Positions 1-13,035 are shown, numbered from the stretch's first letter. The stretch is DNA of 64,000 nucleotides from Octopus sinensis (GCF_006345805.1 NC_042997.1:41664001-41728000); one strand, 5' to 3'. Translations and numbers: made by a program. Notes: a model not told the origin generated them from the sequence alone.

Positions 1-299
1 CCTAGAGCAGAATAAGATATTAACAATTACTAGTAACTTGCGTATAAAGGGTGACAATGACGAGATCGATATTAAATGGATGTATACTGACAGAGGCTTA
101 CAGTTAGTCCGGACAGCCTGTAGGTGGCGCATCGGGTAAGTAAAGAAAGAAATGAGTACATCAGATAGGTACTCAACAGGGAATGAAGGTAATGATATCA
201 TGAGATGAAGTAAAGAACACCTAAATAGATGTTCTTAGTGTGCTGTTATTCCATTTGAACGAAATTAGTGGAGAGATTTGGAATGAAAGAGTAACTCAC

Positions 300-601
300 C
301 GAGATTTCAACACACCAAGACTTTTTCCTTTTCTCGTCGAGTTACCAGAATCAACTGGTTTTTTACGAAACAGCGGAATTCCAGTCACTGGGCCATCTTC
401 ACTGTCGGATTCTTCATCAATTGCATCAAGTACCTCTGAATCATCTTCATCATTTGCTAGTGGTGCACTCTCTTGTTCATCCCCTCCTTCACGAGTCACT
501 GGCAGTCCTGTAGCCCTCAACGCTCCTTGAGTCCACCGCTTTCCTTCAGTCACCCAAAGACCAACAACGAAAAGAAATAAGAAAAGGACGAGACTCTTCA
601 T
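300..601 (-). CDS. First coding exon of an unidentified secreted or membrane protein; gene continues beyond the left edge of the window
   Basis: ATG at 601-599 in GCCATG context. MKSLVLFLFLFVVGLWVTEG is a hydrophobic signal-peptide-like stretch, followed by an acidic tract and RKK/RKGK basic sites. The frame runs into a consensus donor CG|GTGAGT at 300/299 (phase 2). Family not recognised. Confidence 0.7.
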
Positions 602-1452
602 GGCTGTTATATTTCTTTTCTCTTCAGTGTTCCTCTCGCTTCTCGACACACGAACCGCTTCTAATATCAGAACGAATAGGTTTGATTAACACAGAATGTT
701 TAAGTGTTGGATTCGTCTTGTCTTTTGATCGTTCCTGCAACCCAAAGTAGTCTTCAGCAGCGAAAGCGGGAGTAGCAGCACCAGAATCTTGTCAGAAGAT
801 CGGCCTGGTTCTGTCACATCTCCAAAAAGACTGTCGCATTTATAAGAAAGCACCACAATTCCCGGCTGCATTTTGATTGGACGAAAACAACTGTTGATGT
901 CATCAAACCCGTAACGATTAAACAAAAGCCACAGAGACTCATTGTCTGGCATAACTCGGCATCACCGCAAAAACAGGAATTTTAGTGAATTTTCACATAA
1001 GTATGGGTGGGGGCGTTCTAATTAAAAATGCATAAATACATACATACATATATAAGTGTATACATATATAATATACACTACCGTCAGAAATTAATTAGCA
1101 CCCTTGATTTGCTCTTCACTCAAGGTATTTGCTGTCACCTAGTGGCCATATCTCGAACTATTGCTTTGTTGCGAGTTCACTGTTCCGCAGAACGATGACG
1201 TAACTTTGTTTGCAGAGCGGTTTGAGAGTCTACAGCCTAATGATGTTGACATAGCAGTGCAACAACAACTTGGAGTGCGGATGCAGACAAATCTTCCTTT
1301 GTTTAATAGATATAGGTAGCGCCTCGCAAGGACCGAAATCACACCGTACTAAGTTTTCTCATCGCGTAAGATGTTTTGAACAGCTTGTAGGTTAATTGAT
1401 TTGTGTATTTGCAAGATTTTTTTTCCTCACAAATTCTCCTACACTCTGCTTG

Positions 1453-1468
1453 GTGACGTCACTTCCGG
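1453..1468 (-). promoter_or_regulatory. ETS-CRE composite motif CCGGAAGTGACGTCAC
   Basis: Plus strand GTGACGTCACTTCCGG: an overlapping CRE palindrome (TGACGTCA) and ETS site (CCGGAAGT). Function untested. Confidence 0.5.
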
Positions 1469-1627
1469 TTCACAAAACTTTCTGTTATACATCAAATAAG
1501 GTGAGAAATTCTGCTTTCTTTCTTTTTTGTTTCATGAATAATAACTCATAGCAGTTTTGTTATAGCATAACATTATTCAAATGAATAGTTTTAATGAAAA
1601 TAACTGGTTTTTATCGTTCATTCCTAG

Positions 1628-2625
1628 ATGGGCCCAAGACCTCACATGACCTTGGAGAGACGGTACGAGGCTCTCTCGTGGCGTGGGAAGCTGTCGGAGG
1701 CTGCAATAGCCAGAAAACGTGGTGTAGCCAGGCGCACAATTCAGTGCTTATTTAAGAAATACGAGGAAACCGGATCAGCAGCTGACAAAAAGGGTAGGGG
1801 ACGGAAGAGGCTGACGACCCAACGGGAGGACCGGATGCTGATCCGAAAGTCACTGTACAACCGAAGGGCAACGAGCCGGCAACTGGCGGAGGAGATGCAA
1901 AAGATGACAGGGAAGCAGTTGTCTACACCCACCGTCAAGACCAGATTACTGGAAGCTAGTCTAAAATCCTGTAGGGCCGCCCGTAAGCCGCTCCTTACAG
2001 CCCAAAACCGGAAGAGGCGGCTGCTCTGGGCCCGTGCCCACAAGATATGGACCGTGCAGCAGTGGCGGACAGTGATGTTCACTGACGAGTCGCGATACAG
2101 TCTCGTCAGTGACAAGCCTGTCCATGTGCGACGCCGCAGGGGTGAGCGCTTCAACAAAGACTGCATTGCTCCCACCATGAAGCATGGTGGGGGTGGTCTG
2201 ATGGTGTGAGGGGCGTTCAGCTACAGTGGTGTTGGGCGGCTCTATGCCGTCGAAGGCAACATCAACGCAGCAAAGTACGTTGAGATAGTACGGGATACCT
2301 CTTTGGTGGCGAGGAGTACGTGCTCCAGCAGGACAACGCGCCTTCCCACACAGCCAAGCTCACAACCGGTTTCTTCAAGGACCATGGGGTGACGGTCATG
2401 GACTGGCCTGGCCAGTCACCTGACCTGAACCCTATTGAGAACCTCTGGAGTCGATTGGGTAGGGATTTGAATGTGCAGCAATACAGGAACCGACACGAGC
2501 TGTTTGGGGCACTTCTTGCTGCATGGAGGGCCATCCCTGCACAGTACCTGCAGGCACTCATAGACAGCATGCCGACCCGCGTAGCAGCTGTCATTGCTGC
2601 CAAAGGAGGAGCAACAAGATATTGA
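1628..2625 (+). pseudogene. Tc1 transposase, disrupted
   Basis: HTH region, MFTDES, QQDNAPSH and SPDLNPIE with 34 residues between the second D and the E. TGA replaces W at 2207-2209, and there is a deletion/frameshift near 2300. Confidence 0.92.
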
Positions 2626-2984
2626 CTAAATTTCACGATTAATAACAATTATGTGGTGTGCTGGAATATGTTTTAATAAATTTTTGATTAAAAACGAGTT
2701 CATTTCTGATAATAAGTTAATTAAATTAAGAAAATGTAAGAAAATGTAGAAATTTGAGAAGTGCTAATTAATTTCCGACGCAAGTGTATATATACTTTTT
2801 TCATATACAAACACGTATATATACACCCAAACACATACGAATCAGTACATGGATGCATGCTTGTATGCATTAGCGAGTTTCTGTGTTTGTGCCTGCGCAC
2901 GTGGATACACATGTGACTTTCTCTTCGATTCAGATGCTAATGATTCCATCGCCTTAACGATTCGATAACAAAGTTTCTTTAAAA

Positions 2985-3595
2985 AGTTGTGCATGTGTGT
3001 GTTTGTGTGTGTTTATTTATATGTAGATGGTCACTTAAAGGAATACGTCGTATACACACTAAACATGTATGTATGTATGTGTGTATGTGTGTATGTATGT
3101 ATGTATGTATGTATGTATGCATGTGTGTATGTATGCATGTGTGTGTATGTATGTATCTATGTGTGTATGTATGTTTGTATGTATGTATGTGTGTGTATGT
3201 ATGTATGTATGTGTATGTATGTCTGTATGTTTGTATGCATGCATGTATGTATGTGTATGTATATATGTATGTATGTATGTATGTTTCTATGTATGTATGT
3301 GTGTGTATGTATGTATGTGCGTGTATGTATGTATGTATATATATATATATATGTATGTATGTATGTATGTGTGTATGTATGTATGTATGTGTGTATGTAT
3401 GTATGTATGTATGTATGTATGTGTGTGTATGTATGTATGTATGTATGTATGTGTGTATGTATGTGTGTGTGTATGTATGTATGTATGTATGTATGTATGT
3501 ATGTATGTATGTATGTATGTATGTATGTATGTATGTATGTATGTGTGTGTGTATGTATGCACGCATGCATATATGTATGTATGTATGTATGTAAG
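2985..3595. repeat. (TATG)n/(TG)n compound microsatellite
   Basis: Direct inspection. Confidence 0.97.
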
Positions 3596-3629
3596 TGTGT
3601 ATATTTTTGAGTGTGAATGTGTCTTTGTA

Positions 3630-5979
3630 TTGGGTTGTCCGGAAAGTTCGTGCCGATTTATAGTAGCTTACCTTTCGACTTATTTTAGAACATGGTTGTG
3701 TCCATAAAATAGGATTTGACTACACTTCCATTTACAGAACAGTTTAAGCTATCTTTTCGTGGAAGAAGGTTTATGTTCCTATAACCTTTGTTAATCATGT
3801 AACCCTTTAAAATGGAAGATAAAAAAGTTCATTTTCGGCACTTGATGCTTTTCTTTTTCCGTAAAGGGAAAAATGCCTCTCAAGCAACCAAAGAAATATG
3901 CGCAGTTTACGGTGATGTTTCTTTATCCGAAACAACTGAACGGAAGTGGTTCGCAAAGTTCCGAGCTGGAGATTGTATTATTGATAAAGAGCGATCATGC
4001 AGACCATCCACTACAGATGATAACCAAATCATGTCATTAATTGAGAATAACCCACATTGCACAACAACCCGAGAATTAGCAGAATGCCTCAACCTATAGA
4101 AATCTGTCGTTCATGATCCCCTGGTAAATCTTGGGTACACAAATTGCTACGATGTTTGGGTACCACATGAGTTGAGTGAGAAGAACCTTTTGGATCGCAT
4201 TTCCATCTGTGATTCGCTTTATAAACGCGCCTTTTTCAAAGCAAATTGTGACAGGCGATGAGAAATGGATTATCTACTGAAATGTTCAGAGAAAGCTATC
4301 TTGGAGTAAGCGACATGAGCCACCCCTAGCAACCCCAAAAGCGGGTCTTCACCCTAAAAAACTCTTGCTTTGTGACTGGTGGTATTGGAAAGGAATTTTT
4401 TTACTATGAGCTTCTCCTAAGTAACCAGACAATTTATTCTGAGAAATACTGCACACAACTGGACGAGTTAGAAGCAGCAATTCAAGAGAAACGTCCAGAA
4501 TTGGCCAACAGGAAGGGTTTTGATTTCCAAATTGATAATGCAAGACCGCATGTTTCTTTGAGAACCAGACAAAAATTGCTGCAGCTCGGCTGTGATGTGT
4601 TACCCCACCCTCCATATTCACCAGATATTGCTCCTTCAGATTTCCACTTCCTTGGATTACGTAAAAAGATACCTTGATGAATTCTTTGCAATGAAGCCAC
4701 CTCAATTGTGGGAAAAGGGTATTTTCAAGTTAAAGGAAAGATGGAGACACATTGTGCATCAAAATGGTTGATATTTGGTTGATTAAAAATGTAATGGCAA
4801 GTATTTATAGACCTTGATGAATTCTTTGCCATGAAACCACCTCAATTCTAGGAAGAGGGTATTTTCAAGTTAAAGGAAAGATGGAGACGCATTGTGCAAC
4901 AAAATGGTTGATATTTGGTTGATCAAAAATGTAATAGCAAGTATTTATTGACCTTGATGAATTCTTTGCCATGAAACCACCTCAATTCTGGGAAAAGGGT
5001 ATTTTCAAGTTAAAGGAAAGATGGAGACGCATTGTGCAACAAAATGATTGATATTTGGTTGATTAAAAATGTAATGGCAAGTATTTATAGACCTTGATGA
5101 ATTCTTTGCCATGAAACCACCTCAATTCTGGGAAAAGGGTATTTTCAAGTTAAAGGAAAGATGGAGACGCATTGTGCAACAAAATGGTTGATATTTGGTT
5201 GATTAAAAATGTAATGGCAAGTATTTATAGACCTTGATGAATTCTTTGCCATGAAACCACCTCAATTCTGGAAAAAGGGTATTTTCAAGTTAAAGGAAAG
5301 ATGGAGACGTATTGTGCAACAAAATGGTTGATATTTGGTTGATTAAAAATGTAATGGCAAGTATTTATTGACCTTGATGAATTCTTTGCCATGAAACCAC
5401 CTCAATTCTGGGAAAAGGGTATTTTCAAGTTAAAGGAAAGATGGAGACGCATTGTGCAACAAAATGGTTGATATTTGGTTGATTAAAAATGTAATGGCAA
5501 GTATTTATAGACCTTGATGAATTCTTTGCCATGAAACCACCTCAATTCTGGGAAAAGGGTATTTTCAAGTTAAAGGAAAGATGGAGACGCATTGTGCAAC
5601 AAAATGGTTGATATTTGGTTGATCAAAAATGTAATAGCAAGTATTTATTGACCTTGATGAATTCTTTGCCATGAAACCACCTCAATTCTGGAAAAAGGGT
5701 ATTTTCAAGTTAAAGGAAAGATGGAGACGCATTGTGCAACAAAATGGTTGATATTTGGTTGATTAAAAATGTAATGGCAAGTATTTATTGACCTTGATGA
5801 ATTCTTTGCCATGAAACCACCTCAATTCTGGGAAGAGGGTATTTTCAAGTTAAAGGAAAGATGGAGACGCATTGTGCAACAAAATGGTTGATATTTGGTT
5901 GATTAAAAATGTAATAGCAAGTATTTATTGACCTTTTTCTTTCCTTTAAAAATCGGCACGAACTTTCCGGACAACCCAA
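3630..5979 (+). mobile_element. Mariner element, defective, lengthened by an internal tandem array
   Basis: Perfect 30-bp TIRs TTGGGTTGTCCGGAAAGTTCGTGCCGATTT (3630-3659, 5950-5979) flanked by TA. Transposase pieces MEDKKVHFRH (3812), WVPHEL (~4160) and HPPYSPDIAPSD (~4605-4640), with stops and frameshifts. Confidence 0.95.
4671..5935 (+). repeat. Tandem array, 9 x 140 bp, of the mariner transposase C-terminus
   Basis: ACCTTGATGA recurs at 4671, 4811, 4951, 5091, 5231, 5371, 5511, 5651 and 5791. The unit reads LDEFFAMKPPQFWEKGIFKLKERWRRIVQQNG. Confidence 0.97.
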
Positions 5980-6048
5980 TATTTTGTGCTTGTCCACACA
6001 GCTGTTTGATGTTCGTTCTTGGTTTGTGAACCTCTCTCTGTCTCTCTG

Positions 6049-6090
<42 letters not shown>

Positions 6091-6276
6091 ATTGAGGTTC
6101 GACAAAGCATACCGGGAGAATAATTATCAGGCAAAACAAAACACTAGGAACAATTTGTGCGACTAATGACTCCAATGATGGGCTACATCATTGCTGTAGT
6201 TAAAAGATCGAAGCAATTAAAGGTATCAACTAAAAGATGTGTAAAAGTGTTTGTCTTTATGTATGTACATAAATAA

Positions 6277-6968
6277 GCATAGTTCAGTGGTTAGCGCATC
6301 CGGTCAGCATTACGAGGTAGTAAGGTCGATTCCTGGACCGGGCTGTGTGATCAAAACACTTTATTTCACTTAGTCCTTTTATATATTTTTTGTGCAAGAT
6401 ATTTTATGTGAAATCTTGTGTTGAATCAGGTATTGTTGTATTTCGGAATGGTCATTTTGCCAGTTTAGCCAATAAAAACACACGCACTATATATTTGGTG
6501 TTACTTTGCTTCAGTGTTATTTATTTTTTACATTAATCTTAATAACGGTTAGTAAGGAGACACACACAAATAAGAAAGAAGAAAACAAAGGACCACTGAT
6601 GCGATCACAGGAGTGTGACGAAAGAATTCTGGCCGAAATAAGATTAAGGTTAATGTAAAAAATAAATAACCCTGAAGCAAAATAACACCAAATATATAGT
6701 GCGTGTGTTTTTATTGGATAAACTGGCAAAATAACCATTCCGAAATACATAAATACTTTATTTCACGTTGCTCCAGTTCATTCAACTGCAGAATTGATTT
6801 GAGCCAACACCACTTCGAAGCTGTGTCGACCTTTGCCTTTCCCTTGGATAAAATCGGCAGCGTGGAGAAGAGGGACTGGTATGCATAGATGACTGCTGGA
6901 CTTCTATAAACAAACTCGGGTGGACTTGTACCCCGTGGGGAACATTTTAGGACCGAAGGGGGTCCTTA
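6277..6968 (+). mobile_element. tRNA-derived SINE split by an insertion
   Basis: A-box-like TAGTTCAGTGGTTAGCGC and B-box-like GGTCGATTCCT in the head (6277-6369); the body resumes at 6767 (GTTGCTCCAG...). Confidence 0.7.
6370..6754 (+). mobile_element. Fold-back insertion with 12-bp target-site duplication (probable truncated PLE end)
   Basis: ACTTTATTTCAC at 6358-6369 and 6755-6766. Inverted arms ~6440-6543 and ~6643-6750. Degenerate HHR-like motif at 6590-6634. Confidence 0.7.
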
Positions 6969-7629
6969 CCTTTGTATGTATGCATGTATGTATGTGTGTA
7001 CTTATGTATGTGTCTAGCGTGTGTTTATGTACGCGTTGATAGATGGATGGGCCTATGATCGCAACTGTGTTGTTTATTTTGCATCACCATTCTATCCTCT
7101 TCAGTACAATTACGTCTCACCTTGAGCAAGTACCTTCTCACAAAACCCATCGCTACCCAATAATTTGTTACCAATGTAACAAAACCATCTGGGTTTGCTG
7201 CACAACGTCAAGAAGTCAACCTTGCTTCGAATAATGTGGTTGTCTAAGGAAGGGGCAAGTGGGAATGTTTTTAACAAAATATATTTGATTTACCATCTAA
7301 ATGTAAGGCAAGGCATTTGCTTCTTGGGAGTTTGGTGAGATCTGTTGTCCGTAGTGTTTATTATTTTTCGAACAAGGGTTTTCACTAGGTTCCAGACAAT
7401 TGGAAAGCTGTATTTCAAGTGGAGCAGTTCAGGTTCTAATCGAAGTACCATAAGGTTTGGAGTACCTGAATGCCCAGAAGATATTTTGCTTTGTTTTGTT
7501 GAACTGTTCTTTTCTTCTTTTATTGTGACTTCTTATTGAACTGTTTGCTTTTTCTCTTCTTCCCTTTTGATTTCTCTCTTTTCTTTGTGAACTATTGTTT
7601 AGGATATTTTAAACTTTTTGATTTAAAAC

Positions 7630-8890
7630 ATGGCAAAAAATACGGATAAGATTGTAGAGTGGGAGATTGTCCCACTTAAGGAGTGGCTCAGACAGCAAGA
7701 GTAGTGTTGAGAACGTATTCGAAGGTTCTCGACATCATTGCCGTCTTCTCCAAGCAGATGATTGAGCAGGAGTTGGTGGAACATCTGCCAACCATTAAGT
7801 ATATCTCTAGGGGCGTCAAATATGCAACGGCGTGGTTGCTGTTTGATATCCCAGAGGAGACTCGCAGTTTTGCGAGCCAGCTCTTTGAGAGTAAAGGAAT
7901 GTTGCTTCTTCCCACTTATTGTGGGAAACAATTGATGAGGGCTGGGTCTGTGGTTTGCCACCCAGAATTGAACCCCAGTGGATAGAGGATACTATCCGTC
8001 GGGGTTTGGGTGTCAGCGGAGCCAGGCTCTACAATGTGAAAATTATTACTGCGGCTGATTGGATTGGGTCAAAAGCTATTTTAACCCTGTGGACCCAATC
8101 AGCTATGAATATGGTTATGCCAGATTTTTTGAAAATAGCCGGGTGCAGGTACCCGGTGATTCTTGAGGGTCGCACCCCACAAGGTGTTAATGGTGCCTGG
8201 AGCTTGTCCAGATAAAGAAAAACTTACCTCAGGAACAAAGCAAAGTCCTGGAGCAGTCGATTAAGACCTCTGTAGAAGAAGGATTGAAGGCGACCGAGGA
8301 GACGGAGGACTCCTCACTGAAGGGCCACAAAAGGAAGGTGAGCAACAATGTATGCTCACCGAATGATCCTAGGGATGAGGGAAGGGTGGCGAATCTCCCG
8401 TTCACGGAGGAGATGCACCCTCCCTCAGTTGAGAGAAAAAAGAGGATGAGGAAGAGAAATGGGACATTGCCGGCAGTCGGTGTCATAGCACCTGAATGTC
8501 CCGGAACCTTGCCGGTAGGGGTTGTGCCACCGGCAGGGGAGGAGACACCGTTATGGGGGGGGGGATTGTGCTGCCAACGGTAGAATTGACTACCTCGAAC
8601 CCGGAGGAAGAAGAACTATTGGTTTTCTTCAGCAGAGACAGAGAGGTAAAAGAGGTGGTGGAAAAGCACCATAAGGGAGTACCTTTAACCTTGACAGAGG
8701 ATCCCGAATGGCTTCCGCAGATAGCTTTGGAGGTCATAACGTTGCCCGTGACGAATAGGCTGCAGGGACTCAAAGAGGAATATCGCTTGTGGTCGGGCGA
8801 CACCACCTCGGATCCCGCCTTGGTCTTGAATGAGGCGTGGGGAATGGCGGAGTATACGGGCACAAGCGATGTTGAGGAGGAATATGGATA
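7630..8890 (+). pseudogene. Degraded ORF1 of an L1/Tx1-like LINE
   Basis: ISRGVKYATAW...LLPTYCG and PDFLKIAGCRYPVILEGRTP align by eye with ORF1 at 19162-20394 (WGSKFATVQV...VPSYLGR) and at ~36990-37080 ([24 protein letters not shown]). Confidence 0.7.
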
Positions 8891-8944
8891 AGAGCTTGAA
8901 AAGCCTCAGTGTTATAATGCTTATTGTATAATGCTTAATGTTTA

Positions 8945-9247
8945 CTAGCAGTATCGCACAGCGTTGCTTGGGTTTGTAAGGGAAATAACTATATAAGCAT
9001 TTTTAGAGAGTTACTTCCCTTATATAAACCGAGCAAAAAATCATTAAAAATGCGGAAAAATGATGGTAAATTTTTTTTAAAACGTAGACTCGTCGTAGAC
9101 GCGCACTAATACCCAGAAGAGTTCGACATGAATCACGACTATAAGATACCCGCTTTTGGTTAAACTGCACCGCAAAATGTGGGAGTAGTTAGGAATCTAA
9201 ATCGGAGGAGACAGACACACACACAACTTCAGTTTCATATATAAAGA
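8945..9247 (-). mobile_element. Non-autonomous Helitron
   Basis: Minus strand starts A|TC, ends CTAG|T, with a subterminal hairpin; same family as 45752-46147. Confidence 0.8.
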
Positions 9248-9488
9248 TTACATGTTATTGCGTTTAAGAAGCTTAACGCAGCAATTATTAAATGGACTAT
9301 TAGTCCAAAAAGGTGTATTACCTCGTTTTGTCATTTTCTGTGAAAAAAAGAAGTGAATATTGTGTTAGAGAAGCAAAGAAGCGTCTTCTCCCATTAATAT
9401 CATCCTTTCCATCATTCTGCTCATCAATGTCTTTGTTCAGCCAGCAAGCTACTATGTATCATGCCTTTATGGCATAATTTTTGAAATA

Positions 9489-9860
9489 AAGTAGCTTGTT
9501 TACCAACCACATGGTTCCGGGTTCAGTCTCAATGCGTGGCACCTTGGGCAAGTGTCTTCTACTATAGCCTAGGGCCGACCAAAGCCTTGTGAGTGGATTT
9601 GGTAGACGGAAACTGAAAGAAGCCTGTCGTATATATGTTTATGTATATGTGTGTGTACATGCTTGTGTGTCTGTGTTTTTACCCCCACCATCAAGCGACA
9701 ACCGATGCTGGTGTGTTTGTGTTTCCGTAACTTTGCGCTCCGGCAAAAAAGAGTCAGAGAAAATAAGTATTAAGCTTACTAAGAATAAATCCTAGGGTCG
9801 ATTTGCTCGACTAAAGGCGGTGCTCAAGCATGGCCGCAATCAAATGACTGAAACAAGTAC
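9489..9860 (+). mobile_element. tRNA-derived SINE (CCTTGGGCAAG-containing family)
   Basis: GGTTCCGGGTTCAGTC B-box-like head, and body and tail shared with 25875-26317. Confidence 0.8.
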
Positions 9861-9863
9861 AGG

Positions 9864-9955
<92 letters not shown>

Positions 9956-9974
9956 CATACATACATATATATGT

Positions 9975-10319
<345 letters not shown>

Positions 10320-10601
10320 CAGCAATAAGAAAATGGAGGGATCAAGAGGTGGTATTCATCAACTTTTAGACGTTATATTAAGTCTATTTATTTTTAATAA
10401 AAGACAATTATAGCTTTATGCATACATGTATAACATATTATGCTTTACATATATAATATATCAAATATAGAATGGGTTTGGTCGGCCCGAGGCTATAGTA
10501 AAAGACACTTGCCCAAGGTACCACGCAGTGGGAATGAACCTGGAACCATGTGGTCGGTAAGCAAGCTACTTACCAGACAGCCACTCCAGCACCTATATAT
10601 A

Positions 10602-10741
<140 letters not shown>

Positions 10742-10779
10742 ATGCATATTCTGCATATGTGGTTGTGCACATAATTCAA

Positions 10780-10842
10780 TGCAATGTATGCCAGAAGGTT
10801 TTCAAAGCTAACGGAAGCCTCAAAAGACATTTTAAGATCCAC
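10780..10842 (+). pseudogene. Isolated C2H2 zinc-finger coding remnant
   Basis: CNVCQKVFKANGSLKRHFKIH fits C-x2-C-x3-F-x5-L-x2-H-x3-H; no splice acceptor seen nearby. Confidence 0.55.
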
Positions 10843-11189
10843 AAAGATCAAAACAATATGTCTGACACAGCATTCGATTTTTAATCATTCTTAAGTTTCT
10901 CATGAAGCTTAAAAGATTTAAATAACTCTTTCAAAAATCCTTTAGATTAACTCTGATTAAAGAAATATACATGATTGCCATGGTTGGAATTAAGTCGCCC
11001 ATACCAACCTATATCTTCTCGAAACGGCCGTCAGACTTCGCACCTGCTCAAGATTCCTTTTAAAATCGTTATTGCCAATTCTCTCATCTTTTTGGATTAT
11101 CGCCATACATTCACCTTCCGCATATTTTAATATCCTCATTGATTTTAATACGGACATAAAACCTCACAAGTACATTTATGTATTTATAT

Positions 11190-11260
11190 ATTATATCTTG
11201 TGTATATGAATGCACCTTGCAAGTATGTTTATGTATTTTTATATTTATATGTTTTTATAT

Positions 11261-11322
<62 letters not shown>

Positions 11323-11342
11323 CATACATACATACATATGCA

Positions 11343-11422
<80 letters not shown>

Positions 11423-11580
11423 CTTGCGTATATGAATGCACCTATGTGTATTGTGGAGTATTCCGACCCTTTGAAATATACTGAGGGACTAAGAACACTG
11501 ACCTTTGAAATTTGTTCTCTCTTTCTTGGTTTTGTGTGTGTGTTTATGTGTGTGAGGGTGTGTGTGTGTGTATGCATGTA

Positions 11581-11640
<60 letters not shown>

Positions 11641-11844
11641 CATACATACATACATATGCATGCATATATATATATATATATATTATATCTTGCGTATATG
11701 AATGCACCTATGTGTATTGTGGATTATTCCGACCCTTTGAAATATACTGAGGGACTAAGAACACTGACCTTTGAAATTTGTTCTCTCTTTCTTGGTTTTG
11801 TGTGTGTTTATGTGTGTGAGGGTGTGTGTGTGTATATGCATGTA

Positions 11845-11892
<48 letters not shown>

Positions 11893-11912
11893 CATACAAA
11901 GATACATATGCA

Positions 11913-11986
<74 letters not shown>

Positions 11987-12144
11987 CTTGCGTATATGAA
12001 TGCACCTATGTGTATTGTGGATTATTCCGACCCTTTGAAATATACTGAGGGACTAAGAACACTGACCTTTGAAATTTGTTCTCTCTTTCTTGGTTTTGTG
12101 TGTGTGTTTATGTGTGTGAGGGTGTGTGTGTGTATATGCATGTA

Positions 12145-12200
<56 letters not shown>

Positions 12201-12220
12201 CATACATACATACATATGCA

Positions 12221-12291
<71 letters not shown>

Positions 12292-12447
12292 TGCGTATAT
12301 GAATGCACCTATGTGTATTGTGGATTATTCCGACCCTTTGAAATATACTGAGGGACTAAGAACACTGACCTTTGAAATTTGTTCTCTCTTTCTTGGTTTT
12401 GTGTGTGTGTTTATGTGTGTGAGGGTGTGTGTGTGTATATGCATGTA

Positions 12448-12513
<66 letters not shown>

Positions 12514-12537
12514 CATACATACATACATACATATGCA

Positions 12538-12586
<49 letters not shown>

Positions 12587-12742
12587 TGCGTATATGAATG
12601 CACCTATGTGTATTGTGGATTATTCCGACCCTTTGAAATATACTGAGGGACTAAGAACACTGACCTTTGAAATTTGTTCTCTCTTTCTTGGTTTTGTGTG
12701 TGTGTTTATGTGTGTGAGGGTGTGTGTGTGTATATGCATGTA

Positions 12743-12808
<66 letters not shown>

Positions 12809-12828
12809 CATACATACATACATATGCA

Positions 12829-12878
<50 letters not shown>

Positions 12879-13035
12879 CTTGCGTATATGAATGCACCTA
12901 TGTGTATTGTGGATTATTCCGACCCTTTGAAATATACTGAGGGACTAAGAACACTGACCTTTGAAATTTGTTCTCTCTTTCTTGGTTTTGTGTGTGTGTT
13001 TATGTGTGTGAGGGTGTGTGTGTGTATGCATGTAC

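Larger units (their letters stand above)
1076..2786 (+). mobile_element. Tc1-family DNA transposon (DD34E), full length, defective
   Basis: 26-bp TIRs at 1076-1101 and 2761-2786 (23/26 match), with TA on both sides; internal transposase. Confidence 0.93.

Noticed and set aside
117-141. CTCF-like CCTGTAGGTGGCGC and a plus-strand GGTAAGT donor
   Set aside because: Short motifs with no supporting exon or context; expected by chance in 64 kb.
686-952. 88-aa ORF as an independent gene
   Set aside because: No recognisable domain; better explained as 5' UTR or intron sequence of the adjacent exon.
2979-3707. Long ORFs of YIHT/MYVC type, and similar YIYI, LSIY and CVCV ORFs throughout the window
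   Set aside because: Translations of (TATG)n, (TA)n, (TATC)n and (TG)n microsatellites that lack stop codons.
6277-6350. tRNA genes at SINE heads (also 26700-26776, 51975-52050, 61250-61320)
   Set aside because: A and B boxes are present but there is no full cloverleaf, and each continues into a SINE body.
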